This document shows, piece after piece, positions 48,790-61,819 of a DNA stretch of 64,000 bases. The translations under genes and the position numbers were made by a program. Under the pieces are notes generated by a model that was not told the origin of the DNA, searched no databases, and saw only the letters and a list, made by a program, of their open reading frames with translations. Source of the stretch: Callorhinchus milii (taxonomy: Eukaryota); the NCBI RefSeq assembly GCF_018977255.1, contig NW_024704743.1, positions 109,680,001 to 109,744,000 on the forward strand, in the 5' to 3' direction. Position 1 is the first letter of the stretch. Every line of letters starts with the position of its first letter.

Positions 48790-49160
48790 AATCCTTGCTA
48801 TATCCTTGATATAGCGCCTTTCACATCAGATATGAAAGCACATTACAGAATTTACTGTAAAGTGTAGTGACTGTGTATTTTTTTTGCAGAATGATACAGC
48901 AGCCAAGTTACTCACAATAATATCCCACAGACTACAATGAAGTGAATGACCAATTTTATGAGGGTCAAGACACTGGAAAAAACTCCATTATCCTTTCGAG
49001 TTAAACATCCATCTGAACAGAGAGATGGGATCTCCAACATTGCAGCAGTCACCCAGCACTACACTCGAGGGTCAGCGAGTTCAAAGTACCAAGATGAGGG
49101 CTTGAACCCACAATCTTTTGCCTCAGAGGCAAGAGTGTACCGACTGAGGCAGGTTGATAC
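48790..49160 (-). mobile_element. SINE family B, decayed
   Basis: Tail, core and ggcttgaacccacaa..ctcagaggcaagagtg head. Confidence 0.72.
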
Positions 49161-49559
49161 CTTTTGAATAATGTACCTGAATGATCACTCCTTCATGAAC
49201 GTTTTCACAGAGAGTTACGAGCATGTGGAATATACTGGCTAGGAGGCTGGACAGGCAGAATTCATTGTGATTTTTCAAAGGGAAACATTCAGTTTTCACA
49301 GGGGGGGAAGGTCTTGAAGCACTTCACAGAAGCAGCAGAGGCTACTGATCAGAGAATGAAAGAGGAGATGCTTCAAGGTGTTGACCAAAAGCACAATCAA
49401 AGGGTTTTTGAAATTAGGAATGGAGAAGATGAAAAAGTGAAGCGATTTTGGAAGGCTAAGAAATACACAGTCACTTCACCTTACAGTAAATCCTCTGTAT
49501 CACTTTGAGGCAACCTCCCGATGGGAAAGGCATATCAAATGCAAGCATTATTTATCGTA

Positions 49560-49752
49560 ATAATTCCTTCAAAAAAATAATTAAAAAAATTTGGTCATTC
49601 AATCTATGACTGCTTGTGGGCCGCTGTTATGTGCAATTGGCTGCCGTGTTTCGCCACAAAATACACAGTCAATTCACTTTACAGTATATTCTGTGAAGAC
49701 GTGATAAGGCAGTATATCAAATGCAAGGATTATTATTATTATTATTATTATT
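49560..49752 (+). mobile_element. SINE family A, 3' half
   Basis: ttggtcattcaatctatgactg..cagtcaattcactttacagtatattctgtgaag..(TTA)n. Confidence 0.8.
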
Positions 49753-50122
49753 AAGCGAGTTGGAGGGAGCATAGTGGTTGCATAATGGGATAGAGCGGAT
49801 GAGGAACTGGCAGGAGATAAGAGTAGGAAATGCAGCAGAGGGAATAATGTTGTAACATGGATAGTAAGGAGGGATAAGATCATGAATGGCTTCAAAGGAA
49901 TAAGATAATAATAAATAATAATGTCTCCAAGCACTTCATGGACAATCTGCACACAGCAATGTCCCACAAACAGCCATGGAGTGAGTGACCAATTTTATCT
50001 GGTGGACTGTTGGCCAGGACATTGGGAAAAACTCCCTTTTCTTCTTGAAAAGTGTTATAGGATCTTTCATGCCTACCTGAATAAGCACAGACATGACCTC
50101 AATTTAATGGCTCACCCAAAGG

Positions 50123-50500
50123 ATAATAATAATAATATAATTGTACTTGCATTTGATATAGTGCCTTAACACGTCGTTGAGACGTCTCAAAGCGTTTCAT
50201 GGAACACTATTGTAAATCGAATTGTACATTTTATGGGCGAAACACGACAGTGAATTGCGTACGCAGAGCAGTGTCCCACAAACAGCCGTGGCTTGAGTGA
50301 CAAAATTATTATTATTTTATGATTATTATTTTTTGGAGGTATTATTACCCCCGAAAAAGCAATCCGCCAATCAACTAACAATTGGGTTTCTACTTACTGC
50401 TAAATAAGTACCGCTATACAAACGTAATTTTGTGTTGTATTGTAAGTAAACAGAAGCGTGTGTGTGGAGTAAGGAAACTTGCCTAAAGTTTTTACCTCTC
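50123..50500 (-). mobile_element. SINE family A, long variant, head lost, interrupted by a short L2 tail (about 50405-50443)
   Basis: Shared body and internal segment. Confidence 0.75.
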
Positions 50501-51274
50501 TGACCTGGGTCGAGTCGTTACTATCTGACTCGTTTGCTTACGCCAACCTCCCCCATCCCTCTTCCCCCACCACCCCCCCACCTCACCCTGCCCACCCGCC
50601 TGAACAACACGGATCTCTACATCAGTGGAAAAAAATACACCTAATTTTAATTGAACATTGGAAACTCGTGTCTTAAGCGCGAGACTGTTTCACACTTATA
50701 TGTGTCAAATACCATCACTTCTATGTAGTTTTTTTTATGAGGCCTACACAGATCCTGGAAAGCCATGGGATGGATCTCAGGATCTTTACCTTCTTCACAG
50801 CTGCCTCAGGAACGTCACCTCAGGAATTTTCCCCTCAGCCTTAAGAGTGTGAGGGAGGGAGTTCCAGAGGTCTGGAGTGAGGGGTGGGGGGGGAAGGGAG
50901 GGGTCAAAGTCCTAAAAGCTCGCCTGCCAATGGTGAGCAAAGAAAATAGAGGATTGGTGGCAAAAGGGAAAGTAAGAGGACAGGACATACAAACAGATGG
51001 AAATACAACCAAGGCAGTCGGAAGGTATGTAGTTCAGGAGCACTAAGGGTTGACTTGCTAAATCTGTCATCCCACTGAGCAGCCAGACGGTAATCTCGGT
51101 AAATTCTGAGAGCAAACCTCATGTTAAAACAATCTCAGTGGGCGTCAGATGTTTCCTCAGGTTCTGCGACTGCTCAAAGACTACGATGGAAACACAAGTT
51201 AAGAAGGAAAACAGATTGTCAGGAAATTGAAAGCTAAGTCTTGCACTCCATGATAATATTAATAATATTACTGT

Positions 51275-51659
51275 TAATAATTATAATCCTTGCATTTGAA
51301 TACAGTGCCTTATCATGTCTTCGCAACATCTCAAAGTGCTTCACAGAATACACTGCAAAGTGAACTGACTGTATATTTTGTGGGCGCAATGCAGCAGCCA
51401 ATTACGCACAGCAGCGTCCGACAAACAGTCTTGGATTGGGTGACCAAATTATTATTATTTTATTCTTATTTTTTGGAGCGATTATTATCCCGGGAAAAGC
51501 GATCCACCAATCATTTAACAACCAGGTTCCTACTTACTGCTAGGTAAATAGAGGTGTGTGGAGTGAGGAAACTTGCTCAAAGTTTTGCCCTGCCCAGGAA
51601 TGGAACCCAAGTCCTCTCGCTTGTGAGGCGAGTGCTCTAACCAATAAGCTACAGAACTC
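51275..51659 (-). mobile_element. SINE family A, long variant
   Basis: Full head, internal segment, body and tail. Confidence 0.9.
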
Positions 51660-52749
51660 TTACAACCAATCAAACGGTGAACAGTAACAATTTAAAGGAG
51701 GATTTGCTCAATGTAAAGTGTAGTGACTGTATATTTTTTAGGGGAATGTGACAACCAATTGTCCGAACATCGATCTCCCACAAACAGCCATATGGGGAAT
51801 GATATTTTTTTAATCTAGGGACACAGGGAAAAACCTCTTTCACCTTTCAAATAGGTTTCCAGGATCTTTAAGGTCCATCTGAAGAGACAGACAAGACCTG
51901 GGTTTAATGTCTTATTAGCAGGAAGGCAACTCCGTCAGTCCAGCCTGGATTATGAGCGCAAACGGGGCTTGAACCCACAACCTTCTGACTTAAGAGGCAA
52001 AAGTGTACACAACTGAGGCAGGCTATAGCAATAACAATCCTTGTGTTTGATACAGCACTTTATCCAGTTGTCGAGCGTACTCAAAATTAGGATTATGAGT
52101 GGACAGCTCCAGTGGAGCAGTTAGCATTACTATAGGCTCCAAATGGTCTCCTCGCATGCTGTAATTTCCCCTACTCTAACTCATTGTTCACAAGCCAAAA
52201 TGTATTCTTACAGGAATGGATAAACCAAAGGTGTCGGCGACAGAAATGATTCTGCACTGGAGTACATGAAGATTGAACTCCCTCCTCGTAGAGAGCATTG
52301 TAGCTCTGCCAGAACAGGAGTAGCTATGTCAAATTGACAATAAGCTTGGCTGTATATATTCCACAAGTAAAAACCAACGAATATTGGAATTTTAACGAGG
52401 AAATCCATTACTTTTCAGAATTTTAACAAGTCTGCTGTTAAGAATTTCAGACTTTAGATTAACACTTGAAAAAGCAGATCGTGTCCACATTCAAAAGGCT
52501 TACTCAGCTTGGGTTTTGAACATTAATCTTTTCAAGATTCGTTGCTTCTTTTCCCTTTTGTATAGGATTTCCACTGCAGAGTCAGCGCGCAAGTTGCTGC
52601 AAAAGTTTAAAACCAATTTTGACATGAATGATGCTCCATTCACGATTTCAGTGTTAACTGTAAACACATAGGTTGTTACTGTTGACTCGTGACTGTTTTT
52701 TAGTAGGTGGACACCATTTTGCACAAAGAAAGGTTTCACAAAAATAACG

Positions 52750-53180
52750 TATTCTTGCATTTGATCCAGTGCCTTTCATGTCAGGAGGACTTCTCAAAGT
52801 GCTTCACAGGATAAACTCTAAAATGTAGTGACTGTGTATTTTGTAGGTGAATGTGGCAGCCAATTTGTGCACAATAACGATGAAGTGAATAACCAATTTG
52901 ATCTGGGGGACTGTTGGCCAGGATGCTGGGAGAAACTTCCTTCTCTTTTCGAATTGTGCCATGGGAATAGTGAGACGAGATCTTGAATTTAAAATGTCTC
53001 ATCTGAAGGACGGCACCTCCGACAAAGCTAGCTTGTGCCTCCTCCTCCCATCCCGCACCAGCAGCACTTCACTGGAGTGCCAGCCTAGACTGTGTAAGCT
53101 TAAAATCCCTTAAGCGGGTCTTAAACCTACAACCTTCAACTCAGAAGCGAGAGTGCCATCGTCTGAGGGAGGCTGACAGC
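52750..53180 (-). mobile_element. SINE family B, near full length
   Basis: Tail, core aatgtctcatctgaaggacggcacctccgaca, head ..aggctgaca. Confidence 0.8.
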
Positions 53181-53416
53181 AACTGGTGGAAGCGTAAAAA
53201 CACTCCAACACTTTCACAGACTCCTTCAATCCCCAGTGGTCAGCCACTGGAAGGAAGCTGTGGATAAAATGCGGCATAAATGTGTTCATTATATCCGTGT
53301 CAGACGGCTGCAGCTCTCAGAGATGATTCGGGACGTGAGGGTCAGGCCCCTTAAGGAACCCATCTGTGGAGCAGCAATCTTGCTCTGTGTTTATCTCCTC
53401 CTGTTAATTTCCGCAT

Positions 53417-53557
53417 GGGATAATGTAAGGAGTAGAGCTAAAGAGAAGGTCGTGACATGCACTGATACACAAATCTCAACTGTTAATGTCACCAGGGGAT
53501 GATGTAAGGGATAGAGCTAAAGAGATGGTCATGACACACATTGATACATGAATCCCA
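53417..53557. repeat. Tandem duplication, period 79 bp
   Basis: gggataatgtaaggagtagagctaaagagaaggtcgtgaca at 53417 vs gggatgatgtaagggatagagctaaagagatggtcatgaca at 53496. Confidence 0.85.
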
Positions 53558-53954
53558 TAAAGACCAGACCTTTCCCTATGGGAGCTTCACTCTTGTCCAG
53601 TTACCTAAGACGCGCTCAGAAATAGGCCACAATACTTAAGGCAGTGCGTCAGTCGCTTTGACAGCAGAATTGCTTTTTATGTCATGGTACTGGTAGCAGA
53701 CTGCCACACAGTAACCCCTTCCACCAAGGTCTTTGAACAGTGCTCAAATATTCCCGCTGTGCTACATTACTAGACATTCATATTCATGAATGCAGATAAA
53801 TAAGACTAACAGTCTTCTCTCTCTCTCTCTCTCTCTCCCCCGCCTCCTCCTCCTTTAATGTACATCTGTTAAAGACAAAGAAAACATTTTTTCTTGACAA
53901 CAAGTCACTGGTGACATGTGAGTCAGCTTCACAGCTTGTTTTCTTCTTTTCATA

Positions 53955-54172
53955 TCTCTCACTCTAGGTCTCTCTTGTTTGATCCTTCTTGCTTGTTCTG
54001 TATTTCTCTCTCACTGAGTCTTTCTCATTGGGTCTCTTTATCTCTCTTACGTCTCTCTCGTTCTTTCTCTCCCTGTCTGGGTCTCTTTCTCTCCTCTCCT
54101 GGGTCTTTCTCTCTATGTTGGGTCTCTTTCTGTCTTTGGGTCTCTCTCTCTCTTTGGATTTCTCTCTCCTTG
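53955..54172. repeat. CT-rich low-complexity tract with recurring gggtctct units
   Basis: Directly visible. Confidence 0.85.
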
Positions 54173-54314
54173 TCACAATATAAGTGCTTCCTCGCTTGCG
54201 TATGATAATTTAAAAAAAATAATTTCTTCTTCCTACAGTTTTTTAAAAAAAGAGAAATGGTTTCCAAATTAAGACGGAGTTAAAAGAAACTTCCACAATC
54301 TTGAGTTTTAATAT

Positions 54315-54690
54315 TAATAATGATAATCCTTGCATATGACCTTATCACGTCGTTGAGATGTCTCAAAGTGCAATCCACAGGATTTTACTATAAGTGTAGT
54401 GACTGTGTATTTTGTAGGCAAACCGGGCAGTCAAGTTGCGCACAGCAGTGTTCCACAAACAGCCATGGAGTGAATGTTCAATTTGTATTTGGGGGATTGA
54501 TGGACACGACATTGGGAGAAACTATTATAAAAACTCCCTTCTCTTCTTGCGTAGTGCCATAGGATCTTTAACATCCACCTGAACAGGCAGATGGGATTTC
54601 TCAGTTTTAAACCCCCCGAAGGACTGTACCTCCGATAGTGCAGAACACCCCCAGCACTACACTGAAATATCAATATAAACTGTGAGTCAA
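54315..54690 (-). mobile_element. SINE family B, tail and core
   Basis: tagtgccataggatctttaacatccacctgaacaggcagatggg. Confidence 0.75.
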
Positions 54691-55374
54691 ATTGGCTGTC
54701 GCGTTCACCTAAAAATATAGGCACCAGACTTCGCAGCAAAACTCCTGTGAAGATCTCTGAGCTGTCTTCCTTATTAATAATAATTAATAATAATAATACA
54801 CACAAGACAATAGACAAATCCCAACTTGTCGCTGGCCCACTGGGTAAAATTGTGGGGGTAATACAAAGCAGCAGAGACTCTGCAGTGTGGGTGAAAAGAA
54901 CAGCCCTGCAGCTCAAGCTGCGGACACAGCCATCTGTCACTCACATCACCCGCTGGCTGTAGAGAAATAGACACAGGCCGGCACCACGTTCAATGTGAAA
55001 GCAGGAGGAGATTCCTGGATGTCAGATTTTGCAGTTTAAACCAAAACTGCTGAGGAAGGCTGGGGTGTGGGGTTGGGGGTGGGGAAGTGCACGAGAAAAA
55101 CAGTATTCTCTCACATTTTCATCCCAGATTTTTTGTTGATGTGTGAGCGAATGTCAAAGCGATAAGACTGACAGAGTGCGAAGTCGACACATTTATTCCG
55201 CATTCGTCAGCGACCTGCTTGCAACAAGCTGTCGCCATTTAACTATTTCGAGGGCAAATTTTGCAGCTGCAGAAAAAAAAGCGATGTTTCACGATAGGCA
55301 CGTCCGTCCATTGTACAAGATGACAATAAACCAAGGTCTCGTCTGCTCATTCCCACAGCACTATTCGAAAGGAG

Positions 55375-55665
55375 CTGTGCATTCTTAGCTGGTTAGACTC
55401 CAGTGGGACCCCATCACATACTCTGGGGTCCCAGGCTTTAGCTCTTACTAAACTGCGTCTAATAATCTCCGGAATTGGGTAAGCAGGATGCATCCCCCTA
55501 GGAAGAGAGTGCGCATTCCATTCCAATAAACTACTTGGGAATTTCCATGTATAGGTGGGATGCGTGGAATTCTGATTGGTTTGGATACTCTTAAGCATGA
55601 TGATGAGTTTCCACATGTGGTATGACGATGGGTTTGCAGATGTATCAGACAACTGGCTGACCAAA
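55375..55665 (-). mobile_element. Unclassified repeat X
   Basis: Reverse complement of the 18778 copy, including the gtcagccag..tctga end. Confidence 0.75.
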
Positions 55666-55934
55666 AAAAAGAGAAGAAAAAAAGAGCCTCCCGGCATTTT
55701 GCCCAATTATCTGCTGGATATAATTAGTCATTGAGTTCATGGCTGTTTGCGGGACACTGATGTGCACAGTTGGCTCCCGCGTTCATCTACAAAACACAGT
55801 CCTACACTTCATAGAAAGTTCCTGTGAAGTGCTTTGAGCCAGTTTGATGTAATATATGCTATATCAAATTCATAAATAATAAATATATATCTATTATTAT
55901 TATTTATATATTATATCAAATTCAAATGCAATTA

Positions 55935-56275
55935 TTAATCCTTACATTTGATATAGTGCTTTCACATCAGGATGGCATATTAAAACACTTCACAGGATTT
56001 ACTGCAAAGTATTTGTGACTATATTTGTAGGCAAATACAACAGCTAATGTGCACACAGTGATGTTCCACAAACAGCCTATGAAGTGAATGACCATTTTTT
56101 TTTAACCTGGGAGATTGTTGGCCAAGACACCGGAAGAATCTCCCTTCTCTTTTCAAATTATCTGACTCGAGGATCTTTAACATCCACCTGGACAGGCATA
56201 AGAGGATCTCCTGACCTAGAGCTTGAACCCACAACCTTCTGACCCAGAAGGAAGAGCACTATCAACTGAGCCAGA
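55935..56275 (-). mobile_element. SINE family B with an internal deletion
   Basis: Tail, partial core and gcttgaacccacaaccttctgac head. Confidence 0.72.
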
Positions 56276-56315
56276 CAAACATCTACTTTTATTTACTATT
56301 ATTATTAACAATATT

Positions 56316-57557
56316 ATTATTATTAATAATAATCCTTGCATTTAATATAGCGCTTTTCACATCTTCTCGACATCTCAAAGCGCTTCACAGAATAGACTGT
56401 AAAGTGAATTGACCGTATATTTGTGGGCAAAACACGGCAGCCAATTGCGCACAGCAGTGTCGCACAATCAGTCGTGAATTGAAAATGACTAATTTATTAT
56501 TGTTTTGTTTTGGAGGGATTATTATTAGGCGTGTGGAGTAAGGAAACTTGCCCAAGGTTTCGCCCTGCCTGGAATTAAACCCAGGTGTCTTGCGGATGAC
56601 ACAAAACTAGGAGGAAGTGTCAACACAGAGGACGACATTAAAAAAATGCAGCGAGACATAGATAGGTTAGGTGATTGGACAGGTAGGTGGCAGATGAAGT
56701 ATAATGTAGGGAAGTGCGAAGTCATCCACCTAGGTAGCAAAAACAGTAGAGCGGGTTATTTTTTGGAAGGGGAGAGATTGAAATGTGTTAGCGTCCAGAG
56801 GGACTTGGGTGTCCTTGTACACCAATCACAGAAAGTTAGTCTGCAGGTGCAGCAAACAATTAGGAAGGCGAACGGTATGTTAGCATTCATTATGAAAGGA
56901 TTAGAGTATAAGAATAGGGAAGTCTTGCTGCAACTGTATAGGGCCCTGGTGAGACCACACCTGAAATACTGTGTGCAGTTTTGGTCTCCTCATTTAAGGA
57001 AGGATGTACTTGCCTTGGAGGGGGTGCAGCGTAGATTTACTAGGTTAGTACCAAGGATGAAGGGGATGAGTTACGAGGATAGGCTGACCAATTTGGACCT
57101 ATATTCTCTAGAATATAGAAGAATTAGAGGGGATCTTATAGAAACCTATAAGATCATCAAAGGGCATGATAGAGTAGATAGTGGGAGATTGTTTCCCCTG
57201 GTTGGAGAAACTAAAACCAGGGGTCACAACCTTAAAATCAAAGGCCAGCCCTTTTGCACTGAGTTGAGGAAGAACTTCTTCACTCAAAGGGTGGTGAATG
57301 TATGGAACTCACTACCCTAAAGGGCTGTTGACGCTCAGTCCTTGAACATATTCAAGACTGAGATAGATAGATTTCTTATTGCAAAAGGGATTAGGGATCT
57401 GGGGATAAGGCAGGGTTAGGTTATTAGCTGGAGTTAGATTAGAAGATCAGCCATGATTGAATGGCGGGGCAGACTCGAAGGGCCGAATGGCCTATTCCTG
57501 CATGTTATGTTATGCTTGCAAGGCGAGTGCTCTAACCACTGAGCTATAGGACTCCAC
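56316..57557 (-). mobile_element. SINE family A split by a CR1 insertion (pieces 56316-56593 and 57514-57557)
   Basis: ..cccaggtgtcttgc | CR1 | gcttgcaaggcgagtgctctaaccactgagctataggactccac rejoins to the family A head. Confidence 0.92.
56590..57514 (+). mobile_element. Young CR1 LINE 3' fragment, about 0.92 kb
   Basis: Begins at (F)ADDTKLGG. ORF 56646-57320: WQMKYNVGKCEVIHLG..RDLGVLV..LVRPHLKYCVQFWSP..VVNVWNSLP. (TGTTA)n tail. Confidence 0.96.
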
Positions 57558-58002
57558 GCTTTAGTTCCACGCTTTATTAATAATATTCCTTCACGGGATG
57601 TACTGTAAAATCCAATAACTGTAATTTGCACACAGCAATTTCCCACATTATTATCAAGTAAAAGCTCTCAATGCCACAAATCAGGTGACTACAAAATCTC
57701 ACATTTGCACTAAGTGATGTATACAACACCCTCAGAGCTGAAATCCTTCACAATCTTAGCCTTGTATTTAAGAAATTTTGAAAAAAAATTGTTAAATTCA
57801 ATTTGTTTTCCTTCCTTATAATTTTGCGGGGTTTTCCAGGGCATCCCCTAATCCTATCCTCATAATTTATCATGTTTTTCTCTCTGACTCTTTCCAACTT
57901 TTGGAGGTTCGCCTTGCTGTAGTGTTTGGATTCCAATCAATGTTTGCACAACCTTGCACAAATAAGGGTGAAAATGCAGATAAAAAACAGGATAATTCTC
58001 AC

Positions 58003-58190
58003 CAGGGTTAAGCATCATATCACATTTGACATTTTGCAACATGTGCTATTTATTACTGCGGTTAAGCGTCATGTCACAATTGGCATTTTGCAAAAGGTGA
58101 TGTTTATGACCAGGGTTAAGCCTCGTATGACATTTGGCATTTTGCAACATGAGATATTTATCCCTGGGGATAAGCATCACATCAGATTTT
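58003..58190. repeat. Minisatellite, 54-bp unit, about 3.5 copies
   Basis: Units start at 58003, 58057, 58111 and 58165; shared gttaagc..cattttgcaa. Confidence 0.9.
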
Positions 58191-59131
58191 CATCCCATTT
58201 AACTAATAATGGTGCCTTTATTTAGGTACTTCACCAAGCAAAAGTTGGCAGGGAAATATATTGGAATCCATGTCAAAGAGACACCGCTTACCCCCACTTA
58301 GCAAAGCTTTGGTATCCAGAATAACAGATTTTACTTGGGACACTCTGAACATCTAAAACCCTCCTTGTCAAATAAACATTCATTTTAAACCCTTCAAAGC
58401 TCCTATTGATTTCAATTTTTTTTAGCAAAAAAGAAAAATTACCAGCAATTTTCCTGTAATAAAGTTGCCAATTGTCACATCATTCATTACTGTGATTTAT
58501 CACTCGATGAAAAAACAGCTTCATGTGAGGCTTATTATCTCTGGTGAACAGACATATCAGCGATTCCTTCATCATTATTAAATGGTGTATTTTCTCAACG
58601 ATCACAATCCTGCGCCACCTGAGTGCCAGATCAAGATGTATGGATGAAAAGGCGAGTGGAGATAAGGACGCTTTGACTTATCTCCTGCTGCACCATTGTG
58701 TTGCTCCTGTACGAGTAACGGAATCACAATAGCACAGAGCTATCACAAAACACACAGTCACTGCACTTGATAGTACATCCTGTGAAGGGATTTGGGATGT
58801 CCTCCTAACATGAAAGCTGGTATACTAAATGCAAGGATTATTGTTATTTATTTACCATTGCAGCATCTGCTCAACATGTTAAATAATATAATAAATAATT
58901 GTCCTCTCGTTACATCACATTCCTTTTTGTTGCCAGAAATGTTGGCTTGCTAAATTAGTTGCCACTTACACTGAGTGTGTGCACACTTACGCCAAGTCAG
59001 TTCCTAGCTCTGGTTCTCGTATTACTCTTGACGTAGTGTCAGAAGGTTGTGGGTTCGAGCCCCACTTCAGGCTTTGAGGAAGAAGTGTATTGTCAGAGAT
59101 ACCATCTTTCAGATGAGAGGTCAAATTAACT

Positions 59132-59445
59132 TAATAATAATAACCCTTGCATTTGATATAGCGCTTTTCACGTCTTCTAGACGTCTCTTAAGCGCTTCAC
59201 AGAATAGACTGTAAAGTGAATTGACTGTATATTTGTGGGCAAAATGCGGCAGCCAATTGTGCACAGCAGTGTCCCACAAACAGTCGTGGATTGAAGTGAC
59301 CAATTTATTATTGTTTTTTTTCTTGAGGGATTATTATCAGGCGTGTGGAGTAAGGAAACTTGTCCAAGGTTTCACCCTGCCGGGAATCGAACCCAAGTCT
59401 CTCTTGCAAAGCGAGTGCTCTAACCGCTGAGCCACAGGACTCCAC
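59132..59445 (-). mobile_element. SINE family A, short variant
   Basis: Full head, body and tail. Confidence 0.92.
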
Positions 59446-61819
59446 TTCTCGCGTCCCACTTCAAATGGACATTAAAGATTCCATATGGCACTACAAAAGA
59501 GAACAACTTCCCGTTGTTCTGGTCAACAATCACCCAGGTGGGGACTTTGAATTCCCATAGTCTAGGCTGACACTCCTGTAAAGTGTTGGAGGTGCTGTTG
59601 TTCAGCTGAGACATTAAACCAAGGTCCGTTTGCTTGTTCAATGGATGTTAAAAATCCTATAGCCAACAATCGTTCATATAAAAGTTGTCATTTCACTTCA
59701 TGGCTGTTGTTGGGACATTGCTTTATGCAAATTGGCTGCCATGTTTGCCTACAAATACACAGTCACTACGTTTTACAATAAAAATCCTGTGAGGAGTTTG
59801 TTTCCTTGATATCACCACACTATCTGCCTCCCCTCGGACCTGAACGGCCTTGGACTGGCTCATCATCCCTCCCCGGCCCTAAAATATTTGCGGGGTATCC
59901 GATAAATATGCTCACCTCCCTTCCTGGTAACATGTGCTGGGAGTTTGTGAGAGTGGGACTGGCTAGGACTGAGAGCAGGTTCCCTGTCTGCCTTCTTGCG
60001 TCTAGATGAGGTGTACATGACAAGAGAGGAGGGGAGGGGAGAAAGAGGAGTCAGGAGGGGAGAAAGAGGGGTCAGAATGGGTCGCCGGGGACATAGTAAA
60101 CAGATTCAGTACTTCACAAAAAAAGTCTGCCTGCCGGGACTGAAAACAAACAGAGCGCTTAACGCAACATAGAGGACAGCTGCTGCCTCCTCCTGCCATC
60201 TTGTCATTAATGGCTTTTGTGTTGACAGCAGCTCCTTTTTACAAGACGTCCCACACTTGAGTGCTCATCTTGATTCACAGCATTGCTGAAAGGGGTCAGT
60301 CAAAGATACAGCCATGCTGAGCTACAGCCCACTCAATGAGCATCACATCCTCCAGCAGTCTGCACACTTGCGGGTCTCCCAGACCTCAGTCTCACTCAGT
60401 CTACGCGCAATCTTGCCTTGGAGTCTGAAGGTTACAGATCGAAGACTCCAGGTCGGGTGAATGACTTGCAGTCTCGCCTGACAATCCACTCTTCGGAAAA
60501 AAAATCTGTCTGTGCCTTTCGTCAACTCACAACATCACACTTCTCACCTTCCTTATGTTTCCGCTCTATTCCTGCAAATTGCTTTGAGACATTATCCTCG
60601 CAGAAAGTGCACCTTGTTTTTCTTATAATAATTGTTGCCTTTGATTTGTCACCTTTCAGATCAGGACGAGGTCTCAAATCACATCACTGGATTTACTGTA
60701 CAGTGTAGTGACTCTGTATTTTGTAGGTGAACATGGCAGCCAATTTGCACACAACAATGTCCCACAAAGAGCCGTGGAGTGAATAATTAATTTTACTCAA
60801 GCGATTGTCATCTAGGACACCAGTGGACCTTAATTTAACATCTCATTCTAAGGACAGATTCCGACACTGCAGCACTCCCCCAAGCACTGGACTAGAGCAT
60901 GAGTCCAAATCTTATTGTGTGCAAATTGGCTGCCGTATTCATCTCTAAAATACAGTCACTACACTTCATAGTAAATCATTTGAAGTGTTTTGTGATGTCC
61001 TCTTGACGTGAAAGGTGCTATATCAAATGCAAGAACTATTATTAATTACAGCCAGGTGCAGCGTTTCTCTCTGCAGGAAACTTCTGAGCACTGAAATAGG
61101 TCTTTGAAGTGTTATTGCCATAGGGCTGATAAAGCTCCCTGCTATTAGGAAGCGTGGGAGAGAATAAGAGCTGCAGTGTGGGATTAATTAAAGTAGCTAA
61201 GGCCCAAATCCGGCCTAGGTTTAGTCCGTGAGACCATTTTGTCTTAATGTTTGATTGGACAAAATTGCATAAAAATCTTAACTTCAGTCTTAACCTCTTG
61301 TTAACCTGAAATCTGCCAGTTCTCAGGTTGATGTTAAAGATGCCATGAAGAGAGAAAGGAGTTGTTGCCAAAGCGATTAATCAGTCATTCACTATGTGGT
61401 TGTGAATGTGCGGGTTTATAGCGTGTAAAACTACCCTCTTTGCTGTTTTAAAAAAAGCGCTTTGAGATGTTTTTAATGTTATAAGCGACATAAAAGTGCA
61501 CATTCCCTCTTCTCCATGTTAAATGGCGTCTTCACATAGCAAAATGCCGGATGCCCTTATTACTGTCTGGAACGCTGACAGCGAGTAATGAAAAATTATG
61601 TTTTATAATAAATGTCCACAACAGTCTCATATTCAGAGATGGCCCATAAAACTGGATGTTAATGACATGCTCTAAAAACACTGGGAGACAGCCGACAGTG
61701 ATGAAGAAGGGATTCGTGAATCTTCGAAAAGTTTGGGGAACTAAATTCTATCCATCAGCACACTGGACAGCACACTGACAGTGCAGAAGGAATCCATTCA
61801 GCCCACTGCAATCCAGTAG

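Noticed and set aside
58003..58190. CRISPR-like array
   Set aside because: The units are homologous along their whole length with no unique spacers, the context is eukaryotic, and there are no cas genes
1458..59445. Strand bias of SINE A (11 minus, 5 plus)
   Set aside because: The sample is too small to infer the direction of a host gene
61754..61774. REST/NRSE-like motif atcagcacactggacagcaca
   Set aside because: Mismatch at a conserved core C and in the 3' end; it also overlaps a short cagcacactg duplication
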